64,000 nucleotides of DNA from Podarcis gaigeae (GCA_964106915.2 OZ066916.1), one strand, 5' to 3'; positions 1 to 13,998 are shown, numbered from the stretch's first letter. Program-made: numbers and translations. The notes: a model not told the origin generated them from the sequence alone.

Positions 1-949
1 GCTTGATTGCTTGCCTGAATGTGGGTGGATTTAATTAGTTCCCCCTACAAGTTTTTAAAAATTATGTAATTTCAAAGTCCTGCTCACGATAAGCAAAACT
101 TTAATAAGCTACTCTTTCATATTCAATGGCAGGTGATGAAATGTAAAATTGCCTCCCTTATTTCTCATTAATACGGCGGAGACTGAAAATATCACATATT
201 ACCAAATCTGCGCTTGATTTAGTCACGAAACAATTATAAAGATTTCCGTTGTGTGCAATTCATACTTGGAACATGTACACTGAATGCTTGTAGAAAGGGA
301 AACAAGGATGCCATTGAAAAGAGGACAGGGCTGGCTGCTTTCAGAAGGTAGCACAGGAGAAGACCTGCAGGGGGGAAACAGGACGTTTAACATGCTAAGG
401 CAGGGGTTAGCAATGTGGTGCTTAGGGGCTAACAGTCTGCTTTCCCTGGCACCCACAAGATCCCTCCCCTCTGATAAAGGTAGGCTTGAAAGGAGCATTC
501 TGTTGTTACAAATAGACTAGGGTGTGGTGTGGTGTGGTGTGATGTGAGTGGAGTGCCCACAACAGTTCCTTTGGTTTGCAAATGTGTCCACCTGTGCTAA
601 GGCCTGGGGTTCAGAGGAGAAAAGGCAAGAAGGCTGGACTGAGGATTGAATTCAGCCTATACAACAGGATCAGCTTAACCTCTGGCCCTCCAACTCCCAT
701 CAAACCCAACCATCATGGTCAACAGTCAGGGACAACGGGGAGAGGCCACTGCTAAGCCACTCCTGCTATAGGGAAAACACAATGTAGCTGGAGACATTTC
801 CAAGCACTAGAAGTTGCATGACTTTATTTGAGTGATCGTTCAATTATAATTCATACAAAATACCAATACTTAGCTGATCCTAGGCTTCAATTATCTAAAC
901 ATCTCAAAACAAATAGAAGCAGCCCAGCCCAGCTCACCTCCACTAGCTG

Positions 950-1156
950 ATGATAATACGTAATTGTTGAAGAACCCCCGTCTTGGGTATTATGGTTGAC
1001 AGGGAAGACTCTGCTGGCGCTCCCTGGTTGGCACTGACTTGTGCTCAGGTCCTGCTTGTGGGTTTCCCATAGGCATCTGGTTGGCCATTGTGAGAACAAG
1101 ATGCTAGACTTGATGGGCCATTGGCCTGATCCAGCAAGGCTCTTCTGTTCTTATGA
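950..1156 (+). mobile_element. Old CR1-type 3' end
   Basis: ggccattgtgagaacaagatgctagacttgatgggccattggcctgatccagc...ttcttatg; decayed relatives on minus at about 10480, 17030, 20490, 28527 and 32150. Confidence 0.65.
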
Positions 1157-1588
1157 GAAGATGTGGGAAAAGAATATACATTTTCCTACTGGTAGAAAAG
1201 CATCTTAGGGAGAGAGGCTCTGAGAAGAAAAACAGCCCCCAGGAAAAGGAATCCAACCAAAAAATTTATCACATTTAATTTCTCCCTCCAACTCCACATT
1301 TCCCAGTAAAGTTAATAAGCTAAAATAATAATAACTTAATGAATTTTTCATTTCCAATGAGACCTTCCTGTCCTGACATGCTACTTTTAACAGCAGTAGA
1401 GGGAGGTCTGAGTATAGTTGCCTTCAGAACAATGGCTAGGCAGGATTCAGGACATATCTTCCCAAGTGCTGGATTTATGCACTTGCTAAGAAAAAGAGCT
1501 TGTAAGATCATATGTAAACAACTTGAGACGTTGGTCATAGATGAGTTACAATTGTATTGTCTTGATACGCTATAAATAAAAATAATAA

Positions 1589-3149
1589 GGGGTGCAGCAA
1601 AATGGCGACCACCACAAAAATGATGATCGCCTGCTGAATAGGGAACCGTTTGCACCGTTGCTGTTTCGTCGCCAGCGCTGCCATCGTTGCTGTTGTGTTA
1701 GGAACAATGGGCGGGGTTGCGGAAGCCGTCTGAGCCAGGTAGGAGTGCAATAAGGGCCTGGGAGAGCAGAGTGGCGGCCTGGTGCATTTGCTGAGTGAGG
1801 CACTGAAAGTCGAGTACATACTAGAGATAACATCCAACTATGGCAACTAGACAACAACTCAAACTGATGGACCCTCTCGCTCCTTCCCCAACTATCCGCC
1901 GACCCCTCCCACCCATACCTATATACTTAAACCAAATCCTACCTTCGATACTGCTACGTTTCCCCTCCCTCGCCCTTCCTACAGACCTGTTGAATTCGCC
2001 CTTACAATGTTACCCCAAGTACTCCCCCCCCCATATACTTACATGCTTTCCTAAACAACCCAACAGTAAAAGCAGCAGCCACTAGACCGTTGACCACCTT
2101 TGAAAGCCTTCTTTTGTTGGCAGATGGCATGGTAGGGGGACGGTATCTGCAGTATACAAAATACTGCTCCACAACCCTGCAATCTCAGTCGACACAATTA
2201 AAAAACAATGGGAACATGACATAGGTTATGAAATAAACTCTACCCAATGGACTACAATGTGGTCCAAACCTCCCTTTAAATCCATCTCAGCCAAAAGAAG
2301 GGAACTCACTTTAAAAGGTATCTATCGCTGGCATCTGACGCTGAGGAAATTGGTGTTGATACATCAAGGAACCTTACCAAATTGCTAGAGAGGCTGTACT
2401 TCTATAGGCATATACCTTCACATGTGGTGGGAATGTCCCCAAATACAACCCTTTTGAACGGCAGTCCTACAAAAAATATGTAAAATAACTAAATAGGTAT
2501 TGGAACCCACCCCAGAATTGGCCCTATTAAATATTTTCCAAGACAATAACGCTTACTTGCACCATAAAGAGCTTATAACCTTCTCTTGGTGACCAGAAAC
2601 ATCATACTTAAACACTGGAGAAACTTGTCCGGAGTAAGCATAGACCACTGGTGCCAAATTGTATGGGACATGGCCTTATTCACCCCGGTATGGCTCCCTT
2701 TTATTACATACACATCTCAAACTGACAGCAATGATAGGAGGGATCTACCACTAGCATACAGATCAATATAGCTAACTTGACCCAATATTCCATACCTCCC
2801 TTCCTCAAATACAAACAAATCTCACTACGGTTAATCAAAGGCAATTAAAGGCAAACACACATGCCATGCCTCCCCATATTTTCTCTCATTGCCAATATAA
2901 ACCAACAAATATGCAGAAAGAGAACCTACTCAATTGACACCCACTTGAAAATCCCATATACACACCAAGTTGAGAAAACAAGATTGTGTGTAAGTTTACC
3001 TCCCACCCTCTACCCTCTTCCCCTACCTTTGTAGGGGAATGTAAAATGTAACCAAAAGACTTTATAGTCTGATCAAGAGAGAGAGAGACAGACATTGCAC
3101 ATTCTTTGTAGTTCATGAAGATCTTTAATAAAAATTATTTCAAAAAATA
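1589..3149 (+). mobile_element. L1-clade LINE, decayed: putative 5'UTR joined to the ORF2 C-terminus, 3'UTR and A-rich tail
   Basis: 2200-2600 encodes KQWEHDIG...YRWHLT...NC*RGCTSIGIYLHMWWECPQIQPF*, the L1 ORF2 C-terminal CCHC region with stops; AATAAA and A-rich tail near 3127-3150; flanking aaataaaaataat at 1574-1586 and 3150-3162. Confidence 0.85.
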
Positions 3150-6100
3150 AAATAAAAATAATGAGGAATTCTTCTGAGATGTATGAAGCGCTGAAGCAAC
3201 GCTGAGGGTGATAATCATGTGAGTTTTCACTTGGGGGTTACACTTGAGTGTAGTTTACTGTGCAACAGTTTCTGTTATTGTCTGAGATCAGAGATTTCAA
3301 GCAAGATAAGGTCTCTTTTCTGTGTGCCTGCATATGCGCACATGCGTGGGCGGCAGTGCATGAGATTCATATACAAGACAGATGGACAATTAATTCTCTT
3401 CACTCATTATCCAAGGAGCCTTGCTTATTGTTGCTTTTTTTAAAAAAAATCTCCTGTCATTTCATACCAAAGACGGCTGTTTAGTCTATGTATAACAAAC
3501 ATGCTGGCCTGGATCGTGTTTTCTAGCATGGGGGGGGGGGGGAGAGCCATTATAGAATAGTTCCATTTATGGAAACTGCAAGAGGGACATACGTAGAATT
3601 TGGAAGTCATTTGCATCCAAGCAGAAGGAAGTGGTATAACAGAACAACTATTATTATGTGTCAAGAGATGACCCTCATTTGCTTCAGTTGCAGGGATGGC
3701 CAAATATATTTTGAAGCAACAACAGATGGGAAAAGAAGAGATGTGAATGCTGTTCAGGATTAAGTTGTTAGGAAGAATGGGGGAAGGCCAGGGAGACTTA
3801 CTCAGTGAGAATTGGACTCAGCCTATACAGCAGGATTGGCTAACCTTGGCTTTCCAGCTCCCATCAGTCCCAGCCAACATGGCCAAATGTCAGGGATAAA
3901 TGACATACCGCATACAGAAACTGATCACACTGACAGTTGAATCCTATTTCAACAGTGACAAAAGGACAACGTCCTGCACAGGGCTGGCCTGCCCATGAGG
4001 TGGGGGTGAAAAAGGTGCCTCGGGCAGTGGAAGAAAAAGAGGATTTACGCCTTGCCTCTGCTGGCAAGAGTATCACCTCTTTGGCTTCCCAGGTATGTTC
4101 CCATTTCTCCTCAGGTGATGAAATGGGATGCCCTGCCTCTGGTCTTTTGTGATATCTGAGAGCAGTGAGCTAGTTGAGGAGATCCTGGAGGAATGAGGAG
4201 GGCTACTGCTCTCACCAGAATCTGTGGCTTGAGGCAGCCACTTCAAGCAGAGTACTCCCCCTTGATTTGTTGACTTGCTTCTGAGCACTTAATCCATTAC
4301 TGATTCTTCCAGAGTTAGCTGGAGATTTTGTACTTTTGCACACCACCCTGTGTGTTTCCTGGGGTTCCAGGTGCACTTACCCAGGGTTCATGTTTCCTTT
4401 TGGGAAATGAAGCATAGTGGTGACTGCAGTGTCATTATGATATATGGTTTATTTACACATATATACATGTCTACATGTAAGGGAGACTAGTGGATTGCTC
4501 TTTTCACACACAACAGATCTTTCCTGCAAAATGTCCCAAGCACATGGGAAATGAGAGATACACACACCTGGCTTTACATGTTGAACCTGCACTTTTTAAA
4601 AAATGTGTGACGATCACTTTACAGGAATCCTTTCAGAGTATTTTCAAGTGAACTACCTTTGGTTGCTGAATAGAGACAGAACTATAAGAAGCCTTTTTAA
4701 AGACCCCCATTAGAAAAGTAACCTTATACTTAAAAAAGGTAAAATTTTATTGAAATGCAGATATACTTTTAATAAAAGCAGGAATCCAGAAACTTTTACA
4801 TTGAAAATGGGTTTCATGTAACACACAATAAATATTTATTTTCTTTGAATGTAATAAAATTGCCCTTGGCCAAAATAAACAGAGCAACTAATGCCAATGG
4901 ACCAGTGCAAATACTATGCATTATAGGGCGGGTATGGCTTTAATTATTTTAATGACTGCAAAAGGGAACTGAGAAAAAAGTAGTTATGCAATAAATATAT
5001 CAGATTTACCAAGGTGGTAGTATAGAGCTTGCTGCGACAGCACATGAAAAGAAAGAAAATGCATGACTTCTCCAATAAAGTCACATAAAGATATCCCGTA
5101 AAGGTTAGGTGATTTAAGTTTCAGAAATACTGTTATTCTGCTTAGCTGAGGAATAAGTTTAATTTATAAGCCTTCTGTGGTGATGCCCTCTTGTATCTCT
5201 CTGCTCTCCTTTCCAAATTTATTCCTGCCCATTCTTTGAGCATGGCTGAAAAGACAGGCAGAGCAGCAAACCAAACACTGGCTCAGCCATTCCCAACCAA
5301 ACACAAGTGTTTATTACAGCATCTTCTTCCTTGGGAAGTTATCAAGGTATCCAGTATCTGGCACATAAGATGGAATAAGGATTTCCTCTCCCCTGCCCCC
5401 AAGTGAAAGGATCAGCCACTTCCACCCTAACAACAAGAAGAAGCAGTGTGTAACTGGAGCAGGATCAGGAGGAGGTAGATGAGCAAGTATGGGGGACAAC
5501 ACTTACGGCAGTCATAGCAGTCCTATCTCTAGCTAGGGAGCATGGGAGTCAATGAATATGGCAGAATCATTGCCACATTGAAAGCCCTGCTTGTACTGTC
5601 CAGGACAGAAAATGGGGGACCTCGTAATATCTGTGGGTGTGGGTGTGCCAGTTCCAGGGTGGCATAACAGAGAGTCCTGGATTAGGCCCCTCTCCAGGTG
5701 CCGGACCAGTTTAGGATCCAGCAAATCCTTGGCCAACCCATCACTTCCATGTCCCAGAAGATCAGAAGCAGTTCTTTATAAAACAACCACCACCCACTAT
5801 TCCTGGCCTATCTTGCTCAAGTATATTTTGCCTGCAGTAGAGAAATAGCTTCTTGCATTTGCATTGGAGGAAAATGAAGTGTAAGTCGAAGGGATTTTGG
5901 CATAGCCACAGATGTTTCTACTCCTGCAAATATAAAACTGAGAGAGAGAGAGAGACTTTGGCAGACTTTCATGGCAAAATAGCACCATCGCATTTCGCAT
6001 CTACCAAAGGGGGCATGGCAGATAATGTGAAGAACCTTGGATCATCAGATTAAAGCCACCCTTTTCCCCTTGCCACCAGCTCCAAGCTGTTCGTGGTTTT

Positions 6101-6489
6101 GTATATCAAAAGACAGTGTTGGTGTGACTGCTATGTTGAAAACGTTTTCCCTTCACAGGCAAATAAGTGTGGAGGTGTGCATGGAAAACATTCCTTAGAG
6201 ATGAAAATATATTCTTCCCTGCCTATTATATCCATGAACAGGAACAGTAAGACTCTGTTTGTTGATCTTTCTTCCTGTCCATGTGGATTTTCCATTATGT
6301 CATAGTTTCCACATGTATTCCTTTCAAATGGGAAAAAGTGTGCTGGAACCAATTCAGTGAAGTCATGCCAGAATCAGTCACATGTTCCATGCTTTTTACC
6401 CCGCTAGCAGTGAAAGGTGTCAGTTCGGGTAGACAATGACACTATACCAGAGCTCTGGTGATATAACCAGCGATGACCAGCTGCACCAG

Positions 6490-7421
6490 TATAAGATGAG
6501 GGATACCTGACTTGCCAGTAGTACATGCTAAAAGGAGCTAGGGGTCATAGCAGACCACCAGCCTAACTTGAATCAACAGTGTGATGCAGCAGCAACGGGG
6601 GGTGGGGGGTGGGGGAGACTACATCAAGAGAAGTCTAGTGTCCTGGTCAAGGAATGCCATAGTCCTGCCTTGGTCAGACCCCACTTGGGGTACTGAGTGC
6701 AGTTCTGAGCACCACAGTTTAAGAAGAATATGGGACAAACTGGAAGATGTGCAAAGGAGGGCAACTAAGATGATCAATGGTCTGGAAACCAAGCCTTATG
6801 AGAAATGGTTGAGGGAACTGGGTATGTTTAGCCTGGAAAAGAGGAGACTGAGAGGAGATATGATAGCCATCTTCAAATATCTAAAGGGCTGTCACATGGA
6901 GGATGGAGCAAGTTTGTTTTCTTCTGCTCCAGAGGCTAGGACCTGAACCAATGGCTTCAAATTACAAGAAAGGAGATTCCAACTAAACATCAGGAATACA
7001 GTGGTACCTCGGGTTAAGAACTTAATTTGCTCTGGAGGTCCGTTCTTAACCTGAAACTGTTCTTAACCTGAGGTGCCACTTTAGCTAATGGGGCCTCCTG
7101 CTGCTGTTGTGTCGCCGCCACCCAATTTCTGTTCTCATCCTGAAGCAAAGTTCTTAACCTGAGGTACTATTTCTGGGTTAGTGGAGTCTGTAACCTGAAG
7201 CGTCATTAACCCAAGGTACCACTGTAACTTTCTGACAGTAAGACCTGTTTGACACCGGATCAGACTCCCACGAGAGGTGGTAGGCTTTTCTTCCTTGGAG
7301 GTTTTGAAGCAGAGGTTGGGCAGCCATCTACCATGGATGCTTTAGTTCTGATTTCTGCATTGTAGAAGGTTGGACTAGATGACCCTCAGGATCCCTTCCA
7401 ACTCTACAATTCAATGATTCT
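6490..7421 (+). mobile_element. CR1 LINE 3' fragment interrupted by a MITE
   Basis: ORF 6581-6946 includes KLEDVQRRATKMINGLETKPYEKWLRELGMFSLEKRRLRGDMIAIFKYLKG, the typical CR1 ORF2 C-terminus; CR1 3' end ...cccttccaactctacaattcaatgattct. Confidence 0.93.
6999..7224. mobile_element. Tc1/mariner (pogo/Tigger-like) MITE nested in CR1
   Basis: TIRs CAGTGGTACCTCGGGTTAA / TTAACCCAAGGTACCACTG, TA duplication on both sides. Confidence 0.88.
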
Positions 7422-8537
7422 ATTTTAAACCAGAAGTGTAACACCAAATATTAAAACACCAGAGCAGCATTGATGGCCCAAGGGCCTCATGAAACAAGAA
7501 TCATTTCAGCCAGGAGTCTGAAGCTTAGCAGAGACGGTGTCTGCCAATTTGTCACCATCACCACTACAGCAGATGTTCCTCTTGCTCTACTCAACAGGGC
7601 AGTTGTTTCCAAGACTGTATGGGAAGGATAAGGAGGCGCCCATCAGCAAGTGGGGATGATAGGGGTCCTCAGTGACAGCAGCTTCTTCCCTTCCTCACTG
7701 GGCAGTTGGGACCAGTGGCCTCTATGACAGGAGAAGAATGGCCCGGTCCACTTAGGGAGAGCCTGTGCCAGGGAAAGAAAGATTTAATCATCTGTGGAAA
7801 TGGCTGAGTAAGAATGCAGCAGATGGAGGAAATTAGAGAGAAATGCAAAGACTTACCTGATATCCACTGGGAGAAACCTGTCAGTCAACCTAGAAGAGAA
7901 CGATCTGTCACTTGAAGCTTGAAGCAAACATGGATGAATGACATCGGTGACCTTGTTCCTGCTCCTTGTTATCTCTTCTCTTACCGTCCTTTGAAAAGTC
8001 TCTAGTCACATATGAAATCCAATGCTCACACGATGTATTCTTATACAGCCCTTAGGGCTGCAACTGGTTCTCTAGTCCATCACAAGGGTACTTAAGAATA
8101 GAGCTCTGTGCCCTCCCACAGCTTCACAGCTTGTAAAGATTTGCTTTCTAAAGCTTTTTCTTTTTCATTCAGGCTACACAGTTACCTGGGAGTAAGTCCC
8201 GCTGAACTCAGTGGGGCTTACTTCTGAGTAGAAAACCATGGGAAACCCAGTAAATTTGTAAGCATGGTCTCTACAACTTCACGGCTCTCTAATCAAGAGC
8301 GCAAAGCTGTAATGAAAACCAAAACAGTCTAATTACAACAGTCAATTCAATTGGAAGGTAAGGCTGGTTAAAAAACAACCTAAATTGATCTGTGTGTTTA
8401 AAATAAAGAGCATTGCTTCTGCTGGAGTATTCCTGCATCCTTTCTGCTATTATAATTTTCTCGTGATGGTAAAAAAATGTATGTTGTAAAGCTTTTATTT
8501 TAAAATGCATATCTTCCTTTTCTTGCGAAATATGCAC

Positions 8538-9063
8538 AATAGGAAGGCCCAACAGAGACTCCATTTCCTCAGGGTCTTGCGAAAGAACAATGTCAAAAAA
8601 AAAAAAAAATGGATGATCTCCTCCTGCCGCTCTACAATAGAAAGTGTCCTTTCATACTGTATTACAGTGTGGTACGCTGGTTTGACAGCCACGGACAGGA
8701 AGTCCCTACAGAGGGTGGTGAATGCAGAACATGATATCATGGGCTGTCCCCTGAGTTCCCTAGATGATTGCCTCAAGAGAGTGAGGAAAATTCTTAGGGA
8801 TGACTCATACCCCGGCCAGCACCTCTTTAATCTCCTACTGTCAGGCAGGAGATACAGAAGTATAGTCAGCCGCAACAACAGGTTAAAGAACAGGCTTTAT
8901 CCGTGGGCTGTTGGGCTGCTGAATGAAAAAAAAAATAGTGGTGCAATTGACTTCCGACAAGCACACAGAGTGCAAACAGGATTGAGTGTATTGGGGGGGG
9001 GGGTCGTTTAATTTCACTGCACACAGGTGGTGTAGTGGCAATAAAGGTTTATTTATTTATTTA
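8538..9063 (+). mobile_element. Rex1/Babar LINE 3' fragment
   Basis: RKAQQRLHFLRVL...IESVLSYCITVWY...LQRVV...LFNLLLSGRRYRS...AVGLLN matches the Rex1-type RT C-terminus; ends AATAAA plus (TTTA)n. Confidence 0.8.
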
Positions 9064-9487
9064 CAATACAAAGGGATTGGTGATTCTGGGTGGCCCCTGC
9101 TAGGATCCTGGGGAGGACCACTTGGTAGCCTCCCTACCACCTTTTAGGCCTAGGAATGGACAAATCCATCCACCCATTTCCATTTCTCTCAGTTTTTCAG
9201 TTTTCCTTGCACTCATTATTTGCTTTTATGTACATTTTAATATAACTCGTTCAGAGAGCCTTGATGTGGAATGGTATATAAATTCAGGTAATAACTATCT
9301 TATGTATCATCCAAAGAATATAAATATTATGCCAGAATCCAATCAACAATAATCAATCAGCACAACCCAGCCCAGGATGATAAATACCAGTGAAGCTGTT
9401 ACTTCCTGGATACACAACTATTATTTCTGGGTAAAGCCTGGTCTTCATGAATTCTTCAGCATTCATTTAAAGTAGGTTATGTTTTTC

Positions 9488-9831
9488 TCTTGAGAGTCCC
9501 ATGGACTGCAAGAAGATCAAACCTCTCCATACTGAAGGAAATCAACCCTGAGTGCTCACTGGAAGGACAGATTGTGAAGCTGAGGCTCCAGTACTTTGGC
9601 CACCTCATGAGAAGAGAAGACTCCCTGGAGAAGACCCTGATGTTGGGAAAGATGGAGGGCACAAGGAGAAGGGGACGGCAGAGGACGAGATGGTTGGATA
9701 GTGTTTTCGAGGTTACCAGCATGAGTTTGAGCAAACTGCGGGAGGCAGTGGAGGACAGAGGTGCCTGGCGTTCTCTGGTCCATGGGGTCACGAAGAGTCG
9801 GACACGACTAAACGACTAAACAACAACAACA
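9488..9831 (+). mobile_element. Bov-B (RTE) LINE 3' fragment
   Basis: RVPWTARRSNLSILKEINPECSLEG...HGVTKSRTRLND; (CAA)n tail; TSD atgtttttctc at 9479-9489 and 9832-9842. Confidence 0.95.
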
Positions 9832-11020
9832 ATGTTTTTCTCCTAGATTGGATTTCTCTGCAATCTGATGCAAATATAGGATATTTTATATTGTCGGAGC
9901 TACAATAACCATAGAACATAATAGCTTTCCCCAAGCAGGATTTCTTTACTAATTTGATCAATGGGTTCTTGTAAGTGATGCACAAACTCTGCCTTCTGAA
10001 AATTAAAGAATGTACAGCATAATGCCCATCAATGAAATGTAATGCTTTACAACTTTCTCTAGTGCACTTTGAATGAAGCCCATGGAGACTTGAGAGTAAT
10101 GTATTCATTACTCTGGAGTAGATGCAATGCCCCTTAAATGACCTTTAATTACTTTCTTCTAGATTTTCTAACGCAGAATAGGAGCAGAAGAACATCTATT
10201 TTTTCAAAAAAAATTAAAATCATCATATAATTCTCCAGTGCAACATAAAGAGATTCTTGCACTAGGAGACAAGTCCCACATTGCACTTAATGTTTCCCAG
10301 AGCTTTTTCGTTTTTAGTGGTAGCCATGTTGAGATTAAAATGCTGCCCTGAAATGCATTGATGTTGAAATACTGTCTCTGAAATAAGTCAATAAAATTCA
10401 GTGGGATTGAACACCAGCAATAATGTCACAGAGATATCAAATTCCTTTCCAGTTCAGTCTTACAGGGCACACTGCAAATATAACAAAGGTCTTGTTAGAT
10501 CACACTAAAGGTCCATGTAGTCTAGCATTCTGTTTTGTGAAATAGCCAACCAGATGCCCCTGAATACTAACTGTATATACCGGCAGATGAAGTATCCGTA
10601 GATGGAACTTCAGAGATCAACATCATTGCTCAGTAAAATAGCAATTGCCCTTGGAGCTTGACGTGGCTCAGGTTTCGTGACAAGTAGCAGTTTGAAGAAT
10701 GATTTGGGCGGACAGCATCACATTACATCAACTGTTGATGCAGATCAGAGGTCTGTTGCATTCCTCATACAGAATTGGGTTTAGTTTTGCTGAAAGACCT
10801 CAAAGTGCACTTTATTTTTTGCAACTTAAAAGATTACACTGAGGAACAGAACATGGACAGTCTGGACCATAACTGTAATTGTGCCCAAGTTTGGGGCCAG
10901 AGGGTGTGTGTGGGGGTGTGTGGGTAAAAAAGCCAAAACTTTGATCTGGTTGCAGACATTTCATGAATAAAGATCACTATCAACCTTTTCGAATTGTGTG
11001 TACCTTCTTGCCTGAATACG

Positions 11021-11049
<29 letters not shown>
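11021..11049. repeat. (AC)n microsatellite
   Basis: Directly visible. Confidence 0.95.
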
Positions 11050-11053
<4 letters not shown>

Positions 11054-12677
11054 TTAGTACTCATTCTATTCTTGTGATTTCAGTTTGTTTTAAACCATTT
11101 TAAATGTTGTGTTTTAAATTGTTGTGACCTGCCCTGGGACCTAATGATGAAGGGTGGGTAATACATTAAATTATAATAGTCTGTAGCAAAGCTAAGGGAA
11201 TGATGCAATCTGATTCTGTGCAAGGAAAACTGCATTCACAACTCAGTGCATACACGAGGGCCACTGGGAGGTAATCCTTCATGCGAAGCACTGCACACAC
11301 GAGGAAAAGTGAAGCATTTGGGGGAGCCAGATCATCCTATCAATAAGCACTGTCAGAGGCAAATAGAAATCAGCAAATAGAAATACATTTTTAGTCACAA
11401 ACATGTACATCACCCACCATGACAATGCTGATTTGCAAATAATTTTTTCCTAAAAAGCATGCTCCCCCCTCCACAAGGAGCATGCCATTTATTTTAAGAA
11501 AACTCAAATCACAAACTACTTTGATTAAATGTACCATTACATCTCTATGAATTAAAGTTCCATTTCTAGTATGGGACTCATTAGGTGTGCATTATGTAAT
11601 AAATGATATAGTGGTTGCTTAAGAAAAGAAAAAAGAAAAGAAAAGAAAAGAAATGGCCTTTTAAATATGAAAAAGCTCACTACATCTTTGGCCCCAGTTT
11701 CTGTAGATTGATTACTGTTGAGTGTATGTTTTATTATAATGAAAGTTCATCCATTACAATTAATGGTATTTATTGTAACAAATGACGGCCGATTTCTTTA
11801 AATAAATGAGAGCCACATACTGAGCAAGAGGAAGGCTATGATGGAAGGCCTATTAATGATTAACTAATCATGAAAGCAGTCAAATATGATGTGTGTGGTT
11901 GCAATATGAACGGAGAAGCCTTTGAGTACGAGAAATGAGCCAGAGGAATAATGCATTGAGTTTGGTACTAAACGGAACTGGGTCCATAATATGTTTACTG
12001 GAACCTTTGTTATACATAATGTTAGAAATATTCCACATTTGGTTTTCTGGCAGAGTTTCTTCCACTTCCTGGAAATGATGATAATGTTCTCATCATTGGA
12101 TTTACAGATCTTTCACAGAAACCACTTATTCCATCTGTAGATCAATTTAATAGTACGAGGAAAGAAAAATGATTATGTTTCCCTCCCCATGAAGTTCTGG
12201 GCTGGCAGGTGGAACATACATCAAGGTGTAACCCAGAAGGTAGGCCAGGGCCGGCGCACTCATTAGGTGGTGTGAAGCAGCTTCCTCAGGTGGCAGAAGA
12301 CCCATGGGTACCCCACTTGCCCTGCTGTCTCCATCACTGGCGGACAAGTGGAATTGGCCAAGAAACAGTGCGGGTTAAGAAGCTATGCTGGCAGAGAAAT
12401 GGCTCTGGCATTGACATCAATTTCTGACAAGATGTCGCCGGAAATCAGCACCAATGCCAGCACTGCTTTCTGCCAGTGGCAGAGGTGGCTCAGCAGGCAG
12501 TGCCAGCAGCAGGTTGGGTGGCGTGGCAGAATGGGGTGGCATGTCCCATTTCACCTCAAGTGGTGAAATGGGACGTGCCAGCCCTGAGGAAGGCAGTGGG
12601 CTGATCCACTTAGTTACTGTAGTGAAAACATGTCTAGGGTGGTGGACTAAAGTTTGGACATTGGTAACAACAAAGAA

Positions 12678-13081
12678 TGTATGGAAGTGAGAGCTGGACC
12701 ATAAAGAAGGCTGATTACCGAAGAATTGATGCTTTTGAATTATGGTGCCGGAGGAGACTCTTGAGAGTCCCATGGACTGCAAGAAGATCAAACCTATCCA
12801 TTCTTAAGGAAATCAGCCCTGAGTGCTCACTGGAAGGACAGATCGTGAAGCCGAGGCTCCAATACTTTGGCCACCTCATGAGAAGAGAAGGTTCCCTGGA
12901 AAAGACCCTGATGTTGGGAAAGATTGAGGGCACAAGGAGAAGGGGACGACAGAGGGCGAGATGGTTGGATAGTGTTCTCGAAGCTACGAACATGAGTTTG
13001 ACCAAACTGTGGGAGGCAGTGGAAGACAGGCGTGCTCTGGTCCATGGGGTCACGAAGAGCTGGACACGACTAAACAACAAC
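12678..13081 (+). mobile_element. Bov-B LINE 3' fragment
   Basis: YGSESWTIKKAD.RRIDAFELWC.RRLLRVPWTARRSN...; (CAA)n tail. Confidence 0.95.
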
Positions 13082-13921
13082 ATTAACAAAGAGATTAATG
13101 CAGCACGGCCAAGTCCTTAAGGGATTGCAGCAGTGCAATAGATTTGATGGAAATGGGTACCTTTTATTCTGTATGTAGCAAGATAGGAGGATCCTTGGTG
13201 CTCCTCCAAGCTCACAGAAGTTGCTTTGGGTAGACTTATTGCCCTGTCATTTGTGGTTCTGAAATATTAAAGTGGGACCATAGGCCATTTAGCATACAAG
13301 ACTAACTTTATCCCACTCTCTTTGTGACATTTTCCTTTTCGTATAGGAAATAGACACTTAGTTTGCTTAGTTTGCTGTTTTGTTCAATTTATTTTCTATA
13401 TCTGTCATTTGACTTCTGAGCATCCACTTGTTAGCGTCACATGATGACTGACAGCTGAACTCCTACATTACCTCTATTGAAAGATCTCAGGTGCGTGTGA
13501 GGTGATTTGGTGATGTAAGGCAATATTAAAGTTCTTTGATAATGCCACTCAAAGATGCACAGCTCTGAGGAATTTATTCCCTGTATTGAAAGATCTCGTG
13601 TTTGGGGTGGTGTGAAGAAATATGAAAGCTCTGTCTGTCTGTATTGGATTGTTGTGGCATACATCATACAAGTCAGCCCTTGATGTTGGTACCATCAAAG
13701 GGTGAGTAGGCATATGTTTACTCACTGCTTTGAGCATTTAAAATAGGGTGACTATCTGTCCTACCTTTTGGGCCCACTAATAAAATATTTGAGGGGGCTG
13801 GTTCCCTCAAGGTTAATGGGCATTGCCATTCAAATGGTGTGTGTGCACCATGCATGATTGATTATGCGGGGTGGGGTTTAGATGCCCCCCTGCTAAATAT
13901 TTTATTCAAGTTGGCACCCCT

Positions 13922-13960
13922 GTAGTAGTAGTAGTAGTAGTAGTAGTAGTTGTAGTAGTA

Positions 13961-13997
<37 letters not shown>
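13922..13997. repeat. Compound microsatellite (GTA)n(ATA)n at the L2 tail
   Basis: Directly visible. Confidence 0.95.

Positions 13998-13998
<1 letters not shown>

Noticed and set aside
8505-9011. 168-aa ORF as a host gene
   Set aside because: Decayed Rex1/Babar RT C-terminus.
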